A stretch of 9,963 nt of DNA from Candidatus Iainarchaeum sp. (GTDB taxonomy: Archaea > Iainarchaeota > Iainarchaeia > Iainarchaeales > 0-14-0-20-34-12), in NCBI GenBank assembly GCA_030649345.1, contig JAUSKK010000023.1, forward strand, positions 1-9,963, in the 5' to 3' direction. A program made the translations under genes and the position numbers. Every line of letters begins with the position of its first letter. Positions within the stretch are counted from its first letter, which is position 1. Under the pieces are notes generated by a model. That model did not search any database. It was not told the origin of the DNA and worked only from the letters and a program-made list of their open reading frames with translations. Shown here piece by piece: positions 7,154-9,963 of this stretch.

Positions 7154-8002
7154 GTGGTGATGTTTTTGGCTTATCCTGAAGAAGAAGGTGCTGATTTGGG
7201 TCCTGAACCTAGTTTCTCTGGCGGTTACGGCGGAGGAGGAATGGGAATCCATTTAGAAGGTTTAATTCCTTTAATTTTAATTGTAGTGATTGCGGCAGTT
7301 GCTGGCTCTTATTTGGGTTTATGGCATATTCCATTTATTTCTCAAAACCAACCTTTGCAAGTTTTAGTGATTGGTGAACCTTCTTTGCAAACTAGAGTTG
7401 TAATGGATGAAGCTAAAGATTTATTGAATTATAGAGTTCGAAGCGGTGAAAGTTTACGCGCAAATCCAAGAGAACAATTAGCTCAATATAATATTGTAAT
7501 GTTGGATCAAAGTGGAGAAGAAAATCAATGTATTCCTAGACAAGTTGGAGAAGCAATTCGAGAATTTGTTCAAAAAGGCGGTAAATTAATTACTGTTATG
7601 AATTCAGGTATTTGTAGATCTGGTAGTTTAGAAGCCATTGGATGGAAAGCAGTTATGGGCGATGTAGTGCCTGTAGATTGTGTTCCAGCTAAAAATGGCC
7701 AGCCTAGTTGTATGACTCCTTTGGTTGTACGCGGAGAAATTTGGAGACAAGACTACGATCATCCAATATTGCAAGGAATTGAAGTAATTCCTGCATTGCA
7801 AGACCAGCCTTTATTGGAATTGATAACATTTGATGTCGTACCTCAAGGTAATGAAATTGCATTTATTCAAAATGCAAGTACTCCAGAATTTTATCCTGCA
7901 ATTGTAGAAAAAAGACTGGTTTTAGGAAAAAGCCTGTACTTTAATTACGATCCAGGAGCAACGCCTGTAGTATTACAAAAAACATTTGAATACTTGAGAT
8001 AA
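7154..8002 (+). CDS. Membrane-anchored hypothetical protein; paralogue of 5569-6609 (start GTG 7154 or, more likely, ATG 7160)
   Basis: Acidic/Gly-rich N-terminus, then TM 'LIPLILIVVIAAVAGSYLGLW'. Motifs 'LQVLVIGE', 'LAQYNIVML', 'FVQKGGKLITVMNSG' (7571-) and 'DHPILQGI' (7757-). Confidence 0.85.
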   Translation: MVMFLAYPEEEGADLGPEPSFSGGYGGGGMGIHLEGLIPLILIVVIAAVAGSYLGLWHIPFISQNQPLQVLVIGEPSLQTRVVMDEAKDLLNYRVRSGESLRANPREQLAQYNIVMLDQSGEENQCIPRQVGEAIREFVQKGGKLITVMNSGICRSGSLEAIGWKAVMGDVVPVDCVPAKNGQPSCMTPLVVRGEIWRQDYDHPILQGIEVIPALQDQPLLELITFDVVPQGNEIAFIQNASTPEFYPAIVEKRLVLGKSLYFNYDPGATPVVLQKTFEYLR

Positions 8003-8013
8003 AATCTATAAAA

Positions 8014-8050
8014 AGGTAAACTTTGAGTTTACCTCTCTTTTTATTTTTTT
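8014..8050 (+). terminator. Hairpin plus oligo-T terminator
   Basis: Perfect 9-bp stem AGGTAAACT (8014-8022) / AGTTTACCT (8026-8034), followed by CTCTTTTTATTTTTTT (8035-8050). Confidence 0.7.
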
Positions 8051-8073
8051 CTATTAATCATACGTAAATTCAG

Positions 8074-8134
8074 AATGTTGAATATTATTTAATGCAATGA
8101 AAAAATTCAAACATAGCTTTATTTGTTCAACATT
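8074..8134. promoter_or_regulatory. 9-bp inverted repeat bracketing the alba promoter region
   Basis: AATGTTGAA (8074-8082) and TTCAACATT (8126-8134), 43 bp apart. The right arm sits between a TATA-like 'CTTTATTT' (about 8117-8124) and the start codons. Confidence 0.35.
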
Positions 8135-8144
8135 TTGACCAGTA

Positions 8145-8540
8145 ATGCAAAACTACAATGGAGGAATTGCAATGGAAGAAGAATACACAGATAACTCAGA
8201 AGGATATCCAGATAATGCTGGTGAAAACACAGATAACTCTAGTGAAGAAAGTTTAGGTTTTTCCGAAAACACTGTTTTTATTGGAAAAAAGCCTACCATG
8301 GCTTACGTGTTTGCTGTCATGACTCAGTTTGAAAAAGATGCAGCCGAAGTCATGTTAAAGGCTCGCGGTAAATCAATTTCTAAAGCCGTAGATGTAACAG
8401 AGATCGTGAAAAACAAATTTCCAGACAAAGTGGAAGTTACAGGCATTCAAACTTCAACCGAAGAAATGCAAAGCGAAGACGGAAAAAGCTTAAGAGTTTC
8501 AGCTATTGAAGTACGAATTGCTAGAAAAGACGGATCCTAA
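8145..8540 (+). CDS. albA: DNA/RNA-binding protein Alba with an acidic N-terminal extension (likely true start ATG 8172)
   Basis: 'VFIGKKPTMAYVFAVMTQF...VMLKARGKSISKAVDVTEIVKNKF...LRVSAIEVRIARK' is collinear with Sso10b/Alba ('VLIGKKPVMNYV...[22 protein letters not shown]...'). Confidence 0.9.
   Translation: MQNYNGGIAMEEEYTDNSEGYPDNAGENTDNSSEESLGFSENTVFIGKKPTMAYVFAVMTQFEKDAAEVMLKARGKSISKAVDVTEIVKNKFPDKVEVTGIQTSTEEMQSEDGKSLRVSAIEVRIARKDGS
8160..8164 (+). promoter_or_regulatory. Shine-Dalgarno GGAGG for the internal ATG 8172 of alba
   Basis: GGAGG lies 7 nt upstream of ATG 8172-8174. No comparable site precedes ATG 8145. Confidence 0.55.
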
Positions 8541-8565
8541 GATCCTCTTTTTCTTTTTTTATTTT
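8532..8565 (+). terminator. Short hairpin across the alba stop codon plus oligo-T tracts
   Basis: GGATC (8532-8536) / GATCC (8541-8545) flank a CTAA loop that contains the TAA stop. T5, T7 and T4 runs follow (8548-8565). Confidence 0.55.
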
Positions 8566-8578
8566 CAGTTCTTTTTTT

Positions 8579-8640
8579 CAACCGGCAAACCGGTTGGTAG
8601 TTTAGACTATCTTCGGCTTTGCCTCGATAGTCTTGTTTTT
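8579..8640 (+). ncRNA. Candidate small structured RNA or 3'-UTR element: two hairpins followed by a T-tract
   Basis: Hairpin 1 is CAACCGG-CAAA-CCGGTTG (8579-8596). Hairpin 2 is AGACTATC (8604-8611) / GATAGTCT (8626-8633). Then TGTTTTTATTTTT. Noticeably more G+C than the flanking intergenic DNA. No known RNA family recognised. Confidence 0.25.
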
Positions 8641-8650
8641 ATTTTTCAAT

Positions 8651-8660
8651 TATTTTATTA
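8651..8660 (+). promoter_or_regulatory. TATA-like box (TATTTTATTA)
   Basis: About 30 nt upstream of ATG 8686, with no SD. Confidence 0.3.
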
Positions 8661-8685
8661 ACTCATTCTTTCCTTTTTCTTTTAA

Positions 8686-9384
8686 ATGAATATCATCGAA
8701 TCTGAATTACGCAAAGTTTCAAATTCAGCGAAAGCCAAGATTTTGCAGGGTTTTTTTAAAACAGGCAAAGGAGACTACGGCGAAGGTGATGTTTTTCTAG
8801 GAGTGACTGTTCCAGTTTCTCGCAAAATTGCACTCCAACTTTCAGATTTATCTTTTTTTGAACTCAAACAATCTTTGCATTCCAAATTTCATGAAGAAAG
8901 ATTGGTTGCTTTATTGATTTTAGTTCAACAATTTGAGCACAGTGACTTGAAAGCTCAAAAGAAAATTTTTAATTTTTATTTAAAGAACAAATCTCAAGTG
9001 AATAATTGGGATTTGGTGGATTTAACTGCTCCCAAGCTTGTGGGTGTTTATTTGTTGAATCAAAATCCGAAAATTTTATTTAAGTTAGTTAAATCCAAAA
9101 ATTTGTGGGATCGCAGGATTGCCATTGTTTCTTCTTTTGCTTTTATTCGAGTTGGAAATTTTGATTTAACTTTAAAGCTTTCCAAACTTTTATTGAAAGA
9201 TTCCCGTGATTTAATTCATAAAGCGGTTGGCTGGATGCTGCGCGAAGTTGGCAAGCGAGATGTATTTGTTTTAGAAAAGTTTTTGAAACAAAATTACAAA
9301 AAAATGCCAAGAACCATGTTACGTTATGCAATTGAACGTTTTCCGGAAAAGAAACGAAAATCTTACTTGAATGGATTGGCATAG
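8686..9384 (+). CDS. DNA alkylation repair protein (AlkD/AlkC-like HEAT-repeat family)
   Basis: 'FFKTGKGDYGEGDVFLGV', 'HEERLVALLIL', 'NNWDLVDL', 'LWDRRIAIVSSF', 'DLIHKAVGWMLREVGKRD' and 'MLRYAIERF' match the family's repeated-helix signatures as I recall them. Confidence 0.85.
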   Translation: MNIIESELRKVSNSAKAKILQGFFKTGKGDYGEGDVFLGVTVPVSRKIALQLSDLSFFELKQSLHSKFHEERLVALLILVQQFEHSDLKAQKKIFNFYLKNKSQVNNWDLVDLTAPKLVGVYLLNQNPKILFKLVKSKNLWDRRIAIVSSFAFIRVGNFDLTLKLSKLLLKDSRDLIHKAVGWMLREVGKRDVFVLEKFLKQNYKKMPRTMLRYAIERFPEKKRKSYLNGLA

Positions 9385-9385
9385 C

Positions 9386-9397
9386 TTTTTATTTATC
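9386..9397 (+). promoter_or_regulatory. T-tract / TATA-like box (TTTTTATTTATC); likely both terminator for 8686-9384 and promoter for 9417
   Basis: Centred about 26 nt upstream of ATG 9417, with no SD. Confidence 0.35.
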
Positions 9398-9416
9398 AAA
9401 AGCATAATTTGTTGGT

Positions 9417-9962
9417 ATGCCTGGAATGCGTTTTCGTCCACAGCGTCATGGTGCTGTTGCCGGTGCTTTCGGTAAAAATAAAGGTCCTGTTCGAAAGCCA
9501 GTAAAATCTGAGCCTGTAGCTGGTAAGCCTTCGGCTAAATCTGTTGTTCGTTCTAGTGCTTCTCAACCCAGAGTTCATATGCCTGCGTTTTTAGTGCATA
9601 ATGCTTCTCGTGGTTTATTGGGTCGTGCTTCTGCTTTAGCTCGAAATCCTAAAGTTAAAGTTTTATTTGAAGGAAATGAAAAACAGGTAAAAATGGAAAT
9701 AACTTTGCGTGATGGTCCCGGGAAAGTTTCTATGAGTTTTACTCCTGAATCAAGTTCTGGAAATATGGTTGTGCCAGCTTCTTTGAAAATGGCAGTTGAA
9801 TTAAATGGCCAAAAAAGATCTGTTACTTTTCCAATTTCTAAATCCAATTTTGGTGGTGCTTTTGCTAAAGCTTTAAGGCAAACAGTTGAAATGGGTGAAC
9901 GAATGACAACCTATGACAGACCTGGTCGATTGCTAACTAGTTTCATTTTTCCTAAAGCTTAA
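9417..9962 (+). CDS. Basic hypothetical protein (181 aa): disordered Arg/Lys/Pro/Ser-rich N-terminus plus a C-terminal domain of about 110 aa
   Basis: Very strong T/A-ending codon bias (GCT, GGT, CGT, CCT, TCT). TAA stop at 9960-9962. The antisense ORFs are shadows. No recognisable family. Confidence 0.7.
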   Translation: MPGMRFRPQRHGAVAGAFGKNKGPVRKPVKSEPVAGKPSAKSVVRSSASQPRVHMPAFLVHNASRGLLGRASALARNPKVKVLFEGNEKQVKMEITLRDGPGKVSMSFTPESSSGNMVVPASLKMAVELNGQKRSVTFPISKSNFGGAFAKALRQTVEMGERMTTYDRPGRLLTSFIFPKA

Positions 9963-9963
9963 A

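Noticed and set aside
7140-7160. 6-codon uORF (MNKYVW*) whose TGA overlaps ATG 7160 (TGATG)
   Set aside because: It is too short to evaluate and has no SD. It probably lies upstream of, or at, the transcription start of a leaderless gene.
8590-8600. 'CCGGTTGGTAG' resembling a tRNA D-loop. I considered a tRNA or a split-tRNA half of the Nanoarchaeum type.
   Set aside because: No acceptor stem, anticodon arm (5 bp plus 7 nt) or T-arm (GTTCRAATC) can be drawn. The 8-bp stem with a 14-nt loop next to it is not tRNA-like.
9143-9847. Three minus-strand ORFs (79, 60 and 90 aa) opposite the AlkD-like and 9417 CDSs
   Set aside because: These are shadow ORFs. The sense frames have family motifs (AlkD-like) or very strong codon bias (9417).
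1-9963. Search for CRISPR arrays, rRNA/tRNA genes, transposases, integrases, toxin-antitoxin pairs or other recognisable defence modules
   Set aside because: There are no regularly spaced direct repeats, no cloverleaf candidates, no rRNA-like segments, and no ORF with recombinase, nuclease or ATPase signatures. Coding density leaves only short intergenic gaps, which are accounted for above.

Overview
AT-rich (by eye about one-third G+C), gene-dense window that reads as archaeal. It carries an archaeal-type isoleucyl-tRNA synthetase, a Sec61-beta/SecG homologue, an Alba chromatin protein, A/T-rich TATA-like boxes about 26 nt upstream of several ATGs (leaderless pattern), and oligo-T tracts after genes. 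The compact housekeeping genes and many ORFans fit a small-genome (DPANN-like) archaeon, but lineage cannot be proven from the sequence. Eleven CDSs are supported, ten on the + strand and one on the - strand. Confident calls are ileS, secG, albA and an AlkD-family DNA alkylation repair protein. The rest are a 3' gene fragment with a CxxC tail, a secreted Cys-rich HExxH protein, a 2-TM membrane protein, two paralogous membrane-anchored proteins flanking a very basic small protein, and two more small basic ORFans. No rRNA, tRNA, CRISPR array, transposase or integrase was seen. Main second-look items: (1) the 5569-8002 cluster, where two diverged paralogues bracket a translationally coupled, extremely basic protein. 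(2) Three small basic proteins that share an N-terminal PVxR(K/E)...RV(H/N) motif. (3) One of those genes (141-470) has a clear coding frame with no in-frame start, while a well-placed leaderless ATG sits in another frame next to a (GC)3 repeat. (4) Alba carries an acidic N-terminal extension with an internal 14-aa duplication. (5) Two relatively GC-rich intergenic hairpin elements share two 8-mers. All functional interpretations of the ORFans are inference. No database search was possible.
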